Virus record (IMG/VR): IMGVR_UViG_3300016667_000484
Coordinates: 131,339-195,338 of that record
DNA length: 64,000 bases
Origin: a virus
Lineage: Duplodnaviria; Heunggongvirae; Uroviricota; Caudoviricetes
Reading direction: 5' to 3' (one strand)
Under the pieces are notes generated by a model. That model ran no database searches, had not been told where the DNA came from, and was given only the letters and a program-made list of their open reading frames with translations. This document shows, piece after piece, positions 20,112-29,877 of the stretch (position 1 is its first letter; every line of letters starts with the position of its first letter). The position numbers and the translations under genes are program-made.

Positions 20112-21887
20112 TTAGCTTACTCCCGATACGTCAACTACAACGTCTTCATCTCGAATTGTCAAGATTCTATTTTTAGGTGATGTGATAGTTGGAACACGAG
20201 TCTTTGCATACAGTTTGATCTCAGACCCAGTATAAGCCGAGACGTTAAGATCACGAATCACGACGCGTCCAGTCTCATAGTTGACTGTTCCAATGTTCTT
20301 GCGTAGGAAGTTGTAACTAGTTCCAATGAGTTTGACGATGTTCAATTGACCAGCACCATCATCCATGATGAATCCAACAGAACCGTTATAAGTAAATGAA
20401 GAAGACTTGATCGCAGGACGATGATTTGCGATAGGCTCACCAACTTCTATGTGCTGATCTAATACAAGAGCATTGCCGAAGGTAACGTCATACACATTCT
20501 TCTGATTAAGGATAGGGTTCAGAGGAATGATTGGATACACCTCGATGTCATTCGAAAGGATGTGTGTGTCAGCGGCATCAATTGCAGCTTGAAGCTTTGA
20601 TGTTCTGAAGGTTGACTTGAAGTCATTGAGATTCGCGGTGTTGAAAGCAGAGATTGCGTTTGTCACGAGATTCGCGATGTCGCCAGAAGAGGCTGAAGTC
20701 ATCTTAGTGTCGTAGTAAACTCGAGTGCTCACCGACATAAACATGAACTGCGGAGACATGATGATTGGTTCAATTGCAATTGGCGAACGCATGTGAAGGA
20801 AGCTTGCGTACTTCGCTTTGTTGTTCTCAGATACGCCATCTGCACCTGCGACGTCAACTGCTACGACAACTCGACCATAGCGTGGTGGATCAAGTTCTTC
20901 TCCGCCATAGACCGAGATTGCTTGTATCTCAGGAAACTTTGCTTTGAGCAAGATCTCATAGTCTGACTCAGTGACAGCGCGGTCTTGAACTTGAAGAGAC
21001 TTAGGTGCGAAGTATTTGATCGACTCGATAGACTCTTTCTCTGCTCCACCCTCGGAAGCTTGAGCTAGTGTGCAAGAAGCTGGGAATCCCGAGATTGTGG
21101 TTGCAGGCACGAAGCTGTTGATGCCATTCGCCTCTTCACCGCTCGCGACTCTATACTCTACGCGAATGATGTTGCCGTTCTTTGGCTGTACACCAAAGTT
21201 GTCTAGTCCGAAGATCAGCTGATATTTGTCTTCATCATAAGCCTGAACATAAAACACGCTGTCGGTTGATTCAGCGCCGAAGATGGTTGTTCTTTGAACG
21301 AACTCGGTCTCAGTCTGATCATCGATGGAATCACGAATAAACACACGAATCGAACTCGTGTCGACATTGGCGTTAGAGAGGACGAACTTATCCGAAGAAG
21401 TGACTACGTTGAACAACTCCTGTACATACGTACCTTCATAGATGTTGACTCCGTAGTAGGTATACACACCATTCACAGGAGTGATCGTATAGGAGTTTTC
21501 GGTGTAGAACGAGAAAGTCTTATTTCCGCAACGAGCTGTGAACTTAGTCTTAGCCGGAATCGTGACGAATGTAGGATTACCTGTCGTCGTCAGAGTAACG
21601 TTGACCTTAGCACCCGACGAGACTCTCGATCGCGGTGTGTAGTTCAGAGTCTTAGCATGAGAAACAACCGATCCTCGAAGCTGAGCGCTGTCGAGGAACA
21701 TCTCATTGATCGCCATGTTGGTGAAGAAGTTGTTCTGAAAGGTGTTATACGCCAGGACGTCCAACAGCACGGCCATGTTCGAACCTTCAAAGTTGTAGTC
21801 TTTGAAGCGATCTTGACCTTTCAGGTAGTCTTTAAGGTTTGATTTGATTTGATCAAAATCAAGTTGTGTGATTGGTGCATTGGACAT
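20112..21887 (-). CDS. gp6: Baseplate wedge subunit gp6
   Basis: LDFDQIKSNLKDYL...FKDYNFEGSNMAVLLDVLAYNT...FLDSAQLRGSVVSHAK..QDRAVTESDY. Confidence 0.92.
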   Translation of the reverse strand: MSNAPITQLDFDQIKSNLKDYLKGQDRFKDYNFEGSNMAVLLDVLAYNTFQNNFFTNMAINEMFLDSAQLRGSVVSHAKTLNYTPRSRVSSGAKVNVTLTTTGNPTFVTIPAKTKFTARCGNKTFSFYTENSYTITPVNGVYTYYGVNIYEGTYVQELFNVVTSSDKFVLSNANVDTSSIRVFIRDSIDDQTETEFVQRTTIFGAESTDSVFYVQAYDEDKYQLIFGLDNFGVQPKNGNIIRVEYRVASGEEANGINSFVPATTISGFPASCTLAQASEGGAEKESIESIKYFAPKSLQVQDRAVTESDYEILLKAKFPEIQAISVYGGEELDPPRYGRVVVAVDVAGADGVSENNKAKYASFLHMRSPIAIEPIIMSPQFMFMSVSTRVYYDTKMTSASSGDIANLVTNAISAFNTANLNDFKSTFRTSKLQAAIDAADTHILSNDIEVYPIIPLNPILNQKNVYDVTFGNALVLDQHIEVGEPIANHRPAIKSSSFTYNGSVGFIMDDGAGQLNIVKLIGTSYNFLRKNIGTVNYETGRVVIRDLNVSAYTGSEIKLYAKTRVPTITSPKNRILTIRDEDVVVDVSGVS

Positions 21888-22294
21888 TAGCGTACTCTCT
21901 CAAGAGTGATATTAAGTGTGACCGGTTCTTCTCTATTTATTACGTTAAAGACGATCGTCACGATAAGGGTATTTTGATCAGGCGGAGCGTGGACGTCAAC
22001 ACCGATGATAGCTGCACGAGGTTCATAAGCTTTCAAAGTGTTGATTATCATCTCCTTTGCGATGATGATCGTGTCGGGTGCAACGTTTTCAAACAGGATT
22101 TTTCGAATGTCACATCCCAGGTTTGGCTGAAATGGTCTTTCACCACGATCTGTTAGCACCAAGTTTTTGATCGACTCTTTGATCGAGTCTTCGTCGATTT
22201 TACGAGCGAGGTCGTTGTTCACAGGGCTCAGCGTCAGATCTTTGAAGAAGTCTGAATAGGTCTCGGGTTTTCTTCTTGACTGAGGTGTAATCAT
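21887..22294 (-). CDS. gp25: Baseplate wedge subunit gp25
   Basis: SIKESIKNLVLTDRGERPFQPNLGC...YEPRA...LERVR. Confidence 0.92.
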   Translation of the reverse strand: MITPQSRRKPETYSDFFKDLTLSPVNNDLARKIDEDSIKESIKNLVLTDRGERPFQPNLGCDIRKILFENVAPDTIIIAKEMIINTLKAYEPRAAIIGVDVHAPPDQNTLIVTIVFNVINREEPVTLNITLERVR

Positions 22295-22315
22295 CGCTGA
22301 TTCCTTTTTGACTAT

Positions 22316-23959
22316 TTATTGCGCGTTCGACGTAGCATTAGGCAATGCAGCTGCAGCTGTATGTGAAGGCGTGACTTGAGTTCCACCTGTTCTAAAGGCG
22401 TTAGCTTTATGCATAGCGAGGGCATTAGTCTGAAGTGAACCCCACGTTCTCACCGGTCCTATGTCGATATGAATCATATTTTTGTATGTACCAATACCAC
22501 CGATTCCCTCTCGACTTGCCATGGCAATGAACTTGTTACGAATTTCTTCTGTGTTAGACAATCCCTTCGAGTTCGTCATGCTGATGTCCAAAGCTTTACC
22601 AGTTTGATGCTGGCCGGGAGGTTTTGCTACAGGCTCATTAGCAGGGCTTCCTTTTGCAACCCAGGCGTCATATAGTCTTTGTTGATATTGCATACTTCTA
22701 AACGCGCTATTCACGTATAAACGCGCGTTCATATTTTTCGCGATTCTCATCGCTCGAATAAGCACATCACCATTAACTCGCTTCCATCCATCACCTGGAT
22801 CTGCGTCTGACACATCTTCACCCATGTTAAGAACTTCCGGACTCCACTCGATGTATTGATTGCCTGATTCTGTAAGTGAATTCAGGAGTTGAATCTCTTC
22901 TTCGCTGATTGGCAACGTTACATACGTGCTGCCGGTCAATCCATCGGGAGCGCCAGCGCCGGCATTCAGGTTCTTGCCCATCTCTTCACGCATAGCGGTA
23001 ATGGTGAAAGGATCCATTCTATAAAGACCGCTGTTGACTGACTCAAGACGAGCGATATTCGATAGGTTTGTGAACTTAGCCTTTTCAATCGCGAATCTAG
23101 CGATGAAGTCTTTCAATGAATCAACTGGTGCGGTCATGAACTTATTGATCGTCTCAATCAATTGGCAGAGACGATACAGTAGATACGCAATTACTTCAGG
23201 CGTAAGCTCTTCATAGTTACCCGCGAGACCAGCGATAAGAGCTTCAATTGAAGACTTAAGCTTCTCAATAGTTAGATCATTAAAGAACGACTCGACACGT
23301 TGAATCTTGTTTCGAATAACATTAACGGTTGCGATGAATTGATCTGCGATCTGTGTGACGCTATTCATGATAGCTTTGATTTGATCAAGCATAGCTTTAA
23401 CAAGACTGTCAATTAGATTGAACATGATTTGCTTGATCGATTGTAGTTGTGCGGTGACATCTTCTATGAAGTTCTGCAAGTTACTAATCAACGACACACC
23501 GGCAGAGATTAGGCTAGTCAACTTATTGATTATCGGAATGAATGTAGAGCAGAACCCTCCTTCAATTGTAGCCGCCATGTTATCGGTGTAGTAGTAATTC
23601 AATTGATCAAAATAGTCGATTTCATTGATCGACGTGATACCCGTGAGAAGTGCACTATCGACCGTGCTGATCGTGAATCCCGATGAATCTAGGAAAGACG
23701 CAAATTCATATGTAGTGATCGGGCCTTGACTCACACGATCATTCAACATTGGGTAATCGGTCTTATTTGGAATCGAGTTAAAAAGATCTACGGTTAGTTT
23801 GATGTCTCGCACGAGTGTTGCAGCATCATATTTAGCCGTAGGATCATTCTCAAGTCTAATCAACTGTTCATAAGAATAGATCTGCTTCTCTAGATCCGCA
23901 GGAGTCAAAGCGAGAGAAGACTGTTTTGAAGCGGGGTTGTTAAAGGTATTACAAGTCAT
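22316..23959 (-). CDS. Baseplate-associated protein with C-terminal peptidase M15 (Zn) domain
   Basis: NSAFRS...HQTGKALDI...GIGTYKNMIHIDIG (M15 His/Asp/His motifs) after a long helical N-terminus; lies between gp5 and gp25. Confidence 0.75.
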   Translation of the reverse strand: MTCNTFNNPASKQSSLALTPADLEKQIYSYEQLIRLENDPTAKYDAATLVRDIKLTVDLFNSIPNKTDYPMLNDRVSQGPITTYEFASFLDSSGFTISTVDSALLTGITSINEIDYFDQLNYYYTDNMAATIEGGFCSTFIPIINKLTSLISAGVSLISNLQNFIEDVTAQLQSIKQIMFNLIDSLVKAMLDQIKAIMNSVTQIADQFIATVNVIRNKIQRVESFFNDLTIEKLKSSIEALIAGLAGNYEELTPEVIAYLLYRLCQLIETINKFMTAPVDSLKDFIARFAIEKAKFTNLSNIARLESVNSGLYRMDPFTITAMREEMGKNLNAGAGAPDGLTGSTYVTLPISEEEIQLLNSLTESGNQYIEWSPEVLNMGEDVSDADPGDGWKRVNGDVLIRAMRIAKNMNARLYVNSAFRSMQYQQRLYDAWVAKGSPANEPVAKPPGQHQTGKALDISMTNSKGLSNTEEIRNKFIAMASREGIGGIGTYKNMIHIDIGPVRTWGSLQTNALAMHKANAFRTGGTQVTPSHTAAAALPNATSNAQ

Positions 23960-25647
23960 TGTGGTCCCGTATCATCTGTCATGCTAGCGCTAATATCGCT
24001 TGGCGTTGGTTTAGGTTTTGATTCTCCGACAACACTGAGTGGAATAGCGTCAGGAACGTTTGCTGCCACGGCTGTGAGAGCACCTGCAGCAGAAGATGGC
24101 GCGTCGCTGTTGAGGTGTATCTGTGTGCCCGAAGCCACGACTTTACCACCACTTGATCCTAGACCGATCTCCCCTGCACCGCTCAATAGAATAGCGTCCC
24201 CAGACTTGATGTTGAGTTTATCCTTTGATTCCATGAACAACGCTTCTGCACTGCTCAAGCTCAATCCCACTGATTGAGAATGTAGTGCTAGTTTGCCGGC
24301 TGATGTGAAGTTGATTGCGTCTACTCTTGCGGTAGCAGCAACGCGAGAACCCGCGATGTCAATCGAGTCACCTGCGTTGAGCGTCATCTTTCCACCAGAG
24401 TTCAGTGTTAGATTTCCGCCAGTGCTAATCTCAACGTCACCTGCACTCATGATCTGAAGCTTTCCACCCGTGATCTCCATTGCATATCCACCCATGTGAT
24501 GAGCGATCTTCAATCCTTCAGACGACTCCTCGATGTCGCCTTCTGAACCAATGTAGACTCGGCCCATCGCTTTGATCGTGATGTTTCCGTTTCCATCAAG
24601 AGTGACTCTGCTCCCCGAAGCGTGGTTGATGTCGATGTATTCGTTTGCACCGTTCTTTCCAGATAGAGTGATGTTCGACCCACCATATCGAGTGTGCCAT
24701 ACCGCGGTGTCAGTCACGTGTCCTACAGTAGGAGCAGCAGGTTCTTCACTGGTGTATCCATTCGTGAATGAAACCGACCGACGAGTCGCGGCTTGAACCA
24801 CTGCTGCAGTTTGTTCGATGTTCTCACCCGTGATTTGTGGTGGAAGAGCTGGATTTCCAAAGTTAGACACCGCATCTTGAGATGGAGCGAGGTATGGATT
24901 TTCAAACTGAGACAAGCTACTATTAGGCCCACCAATACCCTGAACTTGATCTAAATACTGAGCATATGATCCATTCTTATAAACTGACCATGCTGAGAAT
25001 CCTTGTTGTTTATAGATTTCATAAGCAGCTCTGGCGTTGGTTAAAGGATCGTACAGTTGTTCGTTTGCACTTAATCCGAATTGAGCACGTCTTTCTACAC
25101 CCAGATTGCCGATCATATTAATTTGCCATAAGCCGTATGAAGTATCACCGGTATTGACATTACCATTAAACGCTTCACTATTCAACCCAGATTCAGCCAC
25201 TGCGATCGCCGCCATAGTGCGGGCTTCAGAGTCACTGAATCCAGCTTGTCTTGCTAGTCCATATGCTTCTTCTATAGTGACTGTTCCACCCGTAGGTATA
25301 ACACCACCCTTATTGGCGATGCTACCTGTAGTAGCATCGGGAGACGTGCTCCGTCCAGCTGGAGATGAGAATTTTGCGCTGTTGATCGTGCCGATGACGA
25401 CTGGGTGCTGAGCGTCTCGGCCATCCATAAAGAATCCAAAGACCAGATCGTCGGTGCCGAAGGGCGTGATCACCTTACTGACGCGGACTACGTGCGCCCA
25501 CGGAAGATCTTCGGTCGCGACTGTTCCTTCCGATGCCGGAGGATGGAATCCAAACGCTCTTACACGAACACGACCGTTGCGGTCGCTGTTGTCTTCGACA
25601 TAACCAATAAACCACGAGACCGTGTCAATACCATTTTCACCTATCAT
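23956..25647 (-). CDS. gp5: Baseplate hub/tail spike gp5 with lytic-transglycosylase (SLT-like) domain
   Basis: OB-fold N-terminus (GRVRVRAFGFH..LPWA..VFGFFMDGRDAQHPVVIG); central IAVAESG...YGLWQIN...LYDPLTNARAA...W; beta-helix C-terminus. Confidence 0.85.
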   Translation of the reverse strand: MIGENGIDTVSWFIGYVEDNSDRNGRVRVRAFGFHPPASEGTVATEDLPWAHVVRVSKVITPFGTDDLVFGFFMDGRDAQHPVVIGTINSAKFSSPAGRSTSPDATTGSIANKGGVIPTGGTVTIEEAYGLARQAGFSDSEARTMAAIAVAESGLNSEAFNGNVNTGDTSYGLWQINMIGNLGVERRAQFGLSANEQLYDPLTNARAAYEIYKQQGFSAWSVYKNGSYAQYLDQVQGIGGPNSSLSQFENPYLAPSQDAVSNFGNPALPPQITGENIEQTAAVVQAATRRSVSFTNGYTSEEPAAPTVGHVTDTAVWHTRYGGSNITLSGKNGANEYIDINHASGSRVTLDGNGNITIKAMGRVYIGSEGDIEESSEGLKIAHHMGGYAMEITGGKLQIMSAGDVEISTGGNLTLNSGGKMTLNAGDSIDIAGSRVAATARVDAINFTSAGKLALHSQSVGLSLSSAEALFMESKDKLNIKSGDAILLSGAGEIGLGSSGGKVVASGTQIHLNSDAPSSAAGALTAVAANVPDAIPLSVVGESKPKPTPSDISASMTDDTGPQ

Positions 25648-27002
25648 TCCGCACCTATTCCATTTCTTGACAACACTAGATTCTGTGTGTACACACTTTC
25701 ATAAAAGACGTTTTCAATGCTTTCAACCAAGTAATCACCACTTCGATCTGTATCTAATTTCAATTCACCCGAAGCAGAGTGTTCGAACAACTGTAATGCG
25801 ACAACATCACCGGCGAAGAGAGTGTTTCTACCATAGATCTTAGCTTTGACTTTGTTACGCTCATAGTGATAGAAACTCGTCGTCTTGATGTTATACAAAT
25901 CGGCGTAGTTTTGATCGGGACGAAGCGCTGGACCTGTAGGGGCACCTGGCTGAGCATAATCTGTGAACACGAATCTCTCACGATACTTTTGCATCCGGTT
26001 ATCGATGAAAGTCTTTGAGTGAGGGAGCTTAACTTTAGCAGCAGTGAACTCTTCAAAGTGATTGTAGTCGCGAGAAGTAACTGCTCCGTTGATTAGGTCG
26101 ATTTCCCAAGTTCTACGTTTGTATCCACCGACGTTGATGTCTTCGATCGTATTAGCACGGACGCCATAATCAATTGATTGTAATTCATACATCAAAGACT
26201 CTTGACGCTCAGGAGTTAAATCGCCGAGGTAGTTCATACGAAATACCGGTATCACCTTTTCTTTGATGCCAACCGCGTTAGCCAATGTTGGATCAATGCC
26301 AAAGCTACCAACTGCATCAACACCGAACGTAGTCATATAGTCGTTTGAAGCGAAGTAATACTTCTCGCGAGACTCAAAGAATCTAAACATCTGAGTAGAA
26401 TTTGCCGTGCTGTTATAAGCACGACGAGAAAAGAATTGCATCGTGTGTTCAGGAGTCAGTCGTGGAATAACGTATTGAGTCTGACCAGATGTAGGTTCAA
26501 TCTCGATCTCTTTTGGCTTTACATTGTAATCAGTGAGAGGCTTCGCGTAATACTCATCATAGACTTCTTTTACGTATCCAGCGATCGTTCCATTGTTAGA
26601 TGGATTCGCCTTATAGGTCTTTTGAATACGATAGTCTTCAGAGAACACTCGACCAATAGAGACAAAGTTGAGTTTGTACTCGATCATCGACTGGCTGTTT
26701 TGTTTAGCGTACTTAACGTCGGTGATTGAATACACAAACATGTCTTCTGTGCGTTCAACGTCAAAGAAGTCAGAATACGTGATCTGAACGTATTCTTCAC
26801 AGATGAATGGAAAGTTTTTGATCAAATCATCGGTGTCATACACAACAGCAGAGCCACGCACAGCACCGTTCGACATCGACTCAACGATGTTAAACGTATG
26901 GATCACCAACTTCAGGTCGATGCTCTTTGTGCGGGCGAAGTTATATACTCTGAACTGCTTGAGTCTATAATGGCCGGCCTGCTTGACTGCCGAATCACTC
27001 AT
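25644..27002 (-). CDS. Baseplate hub protein (gp27-like position)
   Basis: 452 aa between gp53 and gp5, with FRFFESR and AGDVV...SGDYLVESIEN motifs typical of hub proteins. Confidence 0.6.
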   Translation of the reverse strand: MSDSAVKQAGHYRLKQFRVYNFARTKSIDLKLVIHTFNIVESMSNGAVRGSAVVYDTDDLIKNFPFICEEYVQITYSDFFDVERTEDMFVYSITDVKYAKQNSQSMIEYKLNFVSIGRVFSEDYRIQKTYKANPSNNGTIAGYVKEVYDEYYAKPLTDYNVKPKEIEIEPTSGQTQYVIPRLTPEHTMQFFSRRAYNSTANSTQMFRFFESREKYYFASNDYMTTFGVDAVGSFGIDPTLANAVGIKEKVIPVFRMNYLGDLTPERQESLMYELQSIDYGVRANTIEDINVGGYKRRTWEIDLINGAVTSRDYNHFEEFTAAKVKLPHSKTFIDNRMQKYRERFVFTDYAQPGAPTGPALRPDQNYADLYNIKTTSFYHYERNKVKAKIYGRNTLFAGDVVALQLFEHSASGELKLDTDRSGDYLVESIENVFYESVYTQNLVLSRNGIGAE

Positions 27003-27783
27003 TTAGCACCCGTTTCAAATCTGTTTCAAGTTGATTGGCATACACTTTGTTGATCAACCAAATCGCACGACGACTTTCATTCTGTTCAACTTCATATTCA
27101 TATACTCGCACTGGAGTCCAACTGATTACGTCTGCTAGATATGTATCAAGCGTCGCATGAATAGTAGGATCATCGTTGCTTTGCACATACACGATATTAG
27201 ATGTCAATGAAGTGCTCATGAGAAACACCTCAATGTCAAACTCAAGTGAATGAGTGACGTTTGGTGCAGTCGTTATATCGATGTCTGTGCCATTCTTGGC
27301 GTTTGTTGCGCTTGTCGCGAGTTTGATTCTATTATCATTAACACGAATGACGTAGTACGTGTTACCACTCACTAAAGGAGATGCATTCGACGTAGCGGTG
27401 TATATCACTGGATCAGTGGTCTTATATCCATGATTCGTTATGTCGATTGCGTTACTCGTTAGATTAACTGAGTCATGCTTAAAGGTCTGAGTTGGCTTAG
27501 TATATTTAGCACGAATTGTCTTATCAAAGTCGTCGTTTGACATTGGCCATTGTGTGTATGGATCAACGATGTTATTCGCTAGATACACCATCCACACCTT
27601 GTTGGCATCACCGTAGTAATACTGAGCGATGTGTTCAGGACGATCATCCCCTGTGACGGTGTAAGGTAGAAAGCCATATGGGTCTCTACGAATATCATCA
27701 ATGATCTTTACACGACGAGTGATGTCAGTCACCGTTCTATTCATGTAATTAGTGGTTGGGAAATATCGGAAGTACTTTGACAT
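26995..27783 (-). CDS. gp53: Baseplate wedge subunit gp53 (with internal insertion)
   Basis: YFRYFP...DDRPEHIAQYYYGD..WMVYLANNIVDPYTQWPMS...YEYEVEQNESRRAI. Confidence 0.85.
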   Translation of the reverse strand: MSKYFRYFPTTNYMNRTVTDITRRVKIIDDIRRDPYGFLPYTVTGDDRPEHIAQYYYGDANKVWMVYLANNIVDPYTQWPMSNDDFDKTIRAKYTKPTQTFKHDSVNLTSNAIDITNHGYKTTDPVIYTATSNASPLVSGNTYYVIRVNDNRIKLATSATNAKNGTDIDITTAPNVTHSLEFDIEVFLMSTSLTSNIVYVQSNDDPTIHATLDTYLADVISWTPVRVYEYEVEQNESRRAIWLINKVYANQLETDLKRVLNE

Positions 27784-27785
27784 CG

Positions 27786-28754
27786 TTAACCTCGTACAGG
27801 AGGAAGAGTTGATTGAGGCGCGATTGATGCAGTTGAGGAACCTGTTCCGGCGTAGTCTTCACGGGTATGAATCTGCGATTCGATCAAGTCGACTTTGAAG
27901 TGCACTAACACAGGTCTTGAACCACCACTGTCCTTGAACAGAGCTTGTCCCTGAGGAGCGTAGTCGACCACGATGTTGTTGATCATGCAAGTCTTGAAAT
28001 AGAAGTAGTACTCTTGATTGAGTCCGACGAAGAATATATCGACCATCGACGGGTAATTCAAGAGTGCGCGGTCATACGACGTGCCAGTCGAAGATGATGT
28101 GCCAAGAGGAGAAGCGTAACTTGGAAGCGCCGCTTTCTTAAACTCATTGATGATGTTCTTAACGAGAGTGCTTTCGTTGGAGTTCTTTGGTGATAGGGTC
28201 CAGTCGAATTGGTGAGTCTTCATCGCCACACCATCAAAGACGATTGAAGCATGAGGGTTCACCGCAGTGCCGCCACCAGCCGAAATGCCTGATTCGACTT
28301 CAGCGCCGCCTGGAAGAGACGTGAGACCAGCTCTTGATAAGTATCGAGCAAAGTTTGCTACGTTCGATGCCATCGTAGTGATGTCAGCTTGACCTGCACT
28401 CTCTACACTCTTTAGCGCAGATCCAGTGATACCAGCCAATTTACCGAGAGCCTGTGTCGCAGTTGCACCATTTGCAACTAATCCACCCGCATCAGCAGTC
28501 AAAGCACCGAGAACGCCGAGTTCCTTTGAACCGAGCTGAACCGAGTACGAGTCACTGATGTTAGTAGGTAATGGAAGAGCGATTGAACTATCGATGATAG
28601 TAGTAACTGGCTCTCCGCCACGATATGTGTAATTCTTGAAGTTGAAGATCATCGCATGAGCGCCTAGATCTTCTGGAAAACGAAAACGAGCGACACCAGT
28701 TTGTGACTGGCGATTCGACTCGATAACAGACTGTGCTGGTTTAATTAAAGTCAT
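27786..28754 (-). CDS. gp48: Baseplate tail-tube cap gp48
   Basis: IALPLPTNISDSYS, AVNPHASIVFDGVAMKTHQFDWTLSPKNSNES..IINEFK. Confidence 0.85.
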   Translation of the reverse strand: MTLIKPAQSVIESNRQSQTGVARFRFPEDLGAHAMIFNFKNYTYRGGEPVTTIIDSSIALPLPTNISDSYSVQLGSKELGVLGALTADAGGLVANGATATQALGKLAGITGSALKSVESAGQADITTMASNVANFARYLSRAGLTSLPGGAEVESGISAGGGTAVNPHASIVFDGVAMKTHQFDWTLSPKNSNESTLVKNIINEFKKAALPSYASPLGTSSSTGTSYDRALLNYPSMVDIFFVGLNQEYYFYFKTCMINNIVVDYAPQGQALFKDSGGSRPVLVHFKVDLIESQIHTREDYAGTGSSTASIAPQSTLPPVRG

Positions 28755-28765
28755 GGACTATGTTC

Positions 28766-28797
28766 CATAAATACTTGACATGTTGAAAGTATTTATA
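28766..28797. promoter_or_regulatory. Pair of oppositely oriented late promoters (CATAAATA on +, TATAAATA on -)
   Basis: 28766-28773 (+) serves gp4; 28790-28797 (-) serves the gp48-baseplate operon. Confidence 0.7.
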
Positions 28798-28806
28798 CGG
28801 AAAGTC

Positions 28807-29274
28807 ATGGCTACGTATTACCAGGGAAAGTTCAGACCTAGGAACCCACAGAAGTACAAAGGTGATCCAACTAACATCATCTACCGTTCTGGCTGGGAGC
28901 TCAAGCTATTCAACTACCTCGATGCACATCCAAACGTGACTAAGTGGTCGAGTGAAGAGTTCTTCATCCCATACATCTCGCCAATCGACGGAAAGTGGCA
29001 TCGTTATTTCCCTGACGTCTACGTTGAACAGATAAATACAGATGGAAAGAAGCAGGTTCTTTTGATCGAAGTAAAACCCGACGCTCAGACTCGTCCACCC
29101 GAGTTGAGTAACAAACTGACCGCAAAGGGTAACATCAGTAGGCGTTACCTAAATGAAGTCAAGATCTGGGGAACTAACGAAGCCAAGTGGAAAGCTGCTC
29201 GAGAATTTTGTCTTGATCGCGGATGGACATTCCAGATCTTGACTGAGAAACAGTTATTTGGAAATAGCAAGTGA
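28807..29274 (+). CDS. gp4: Head completion nuclease gp4
   Basis: YQGKFRPRNPQKYKGDPTNIIYRSGWE...WSSEE..IPY.SP.DGKWHRYFPD...EVKP...NEAKWKAA. Confidence 0.92.
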   Translation: MATYYQGKFRPRNPQKYKGDPTNIIYRSGWELKLFNYLDAHPNVTKWSSEEFFIPYISPIDGKWHRYFPDVYVEQINTDGKKQVLLIEVKPDAQTRPPELSNKLTAKGNISRRYLNEVKIWGTNEAKWKAAREFCLDRGWTFQILTEKQLFGNSK

Positions 29275-29790
29275 CCTACACTTATCACCATGCCATCTAT
29301 GATAATTGCCAACACTGATTTCTCTATTGCAATGAATGCATCGTATTGTCGGACGCGTTACACCAATTTTGCTTTTAGAGATTTTTGATCTATGCTCAGC
29401 ACTCTTTGGTTTACGCATCATATTCTTCCACTCTTCAGATTTCTTCTTACCAATTCGTGATTTTGACTGTTTTTCTCGAGTATACTCTGAAACATATCGC
29501 CCACGTTTATCCCATGTGTTTCCACCTTGGCCTTCTTCTTGACATAGGTTCGCAAACTCATTTGATTTATCGACTGCCCACAGTTTAGAAAAGAATAATC
29601 CAGTTTCTTTTAATTCTTCTTTACAATCTGTTACTAACAATATTTGTGTCGTCACGTCATATCCATATTTTTTGATATGACGCACCCACATTTTACCAGA
29701 ACCTTTGTAAACGTACGGGTCTTTAATTGTCTTACCTAAGTATTTCAATCCTGTTACGTTATGAGTCTTCAAGTAAAGATAAATAGTCAT
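29254..29790 (-). mobile_element. Free-standing GIY-YIG (Seg-like) homing endonuclease with NUMOD3-like tail
   Basis: MTIYLYLKTHNVTGLKYLGKT..Y.GSG..W; SEYTREKQSKS/SAEHRSKISKS repeats; C-terminal CIHC...HGDKC; AT-rich and antisense to the flanking gp4/gp2. Confidence 0.85.
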
Positions 29791-29855
29791 GCTGGAACTC
29801 CTGATGTTTCTAGAGTAGGTGGGGATTCTTGCCGGTCTCCCGCGATCTACATCAA

Positions 29856-29863
29856 TATTTATA
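29856..29863 (-). promoter_or_regulatory. Late promoter TATAAATA for the GIY-YIG gene
   Basis: Exact consensus about 65 nt upstream of the ATG. Confidence 0.7.
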
Positions 29864-29877
29864 AGTTAAGGCCATAG

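Noticed and set aside
29791-29855. Hammerhead ribozyme or group I intron around the GIY-YIG gene
   Set aside because: The sequence has CTGATGT rather than CTGANGA, and GAAAC is on the opposite strand. gp4 and gp2 are each intact, so there is no intron.
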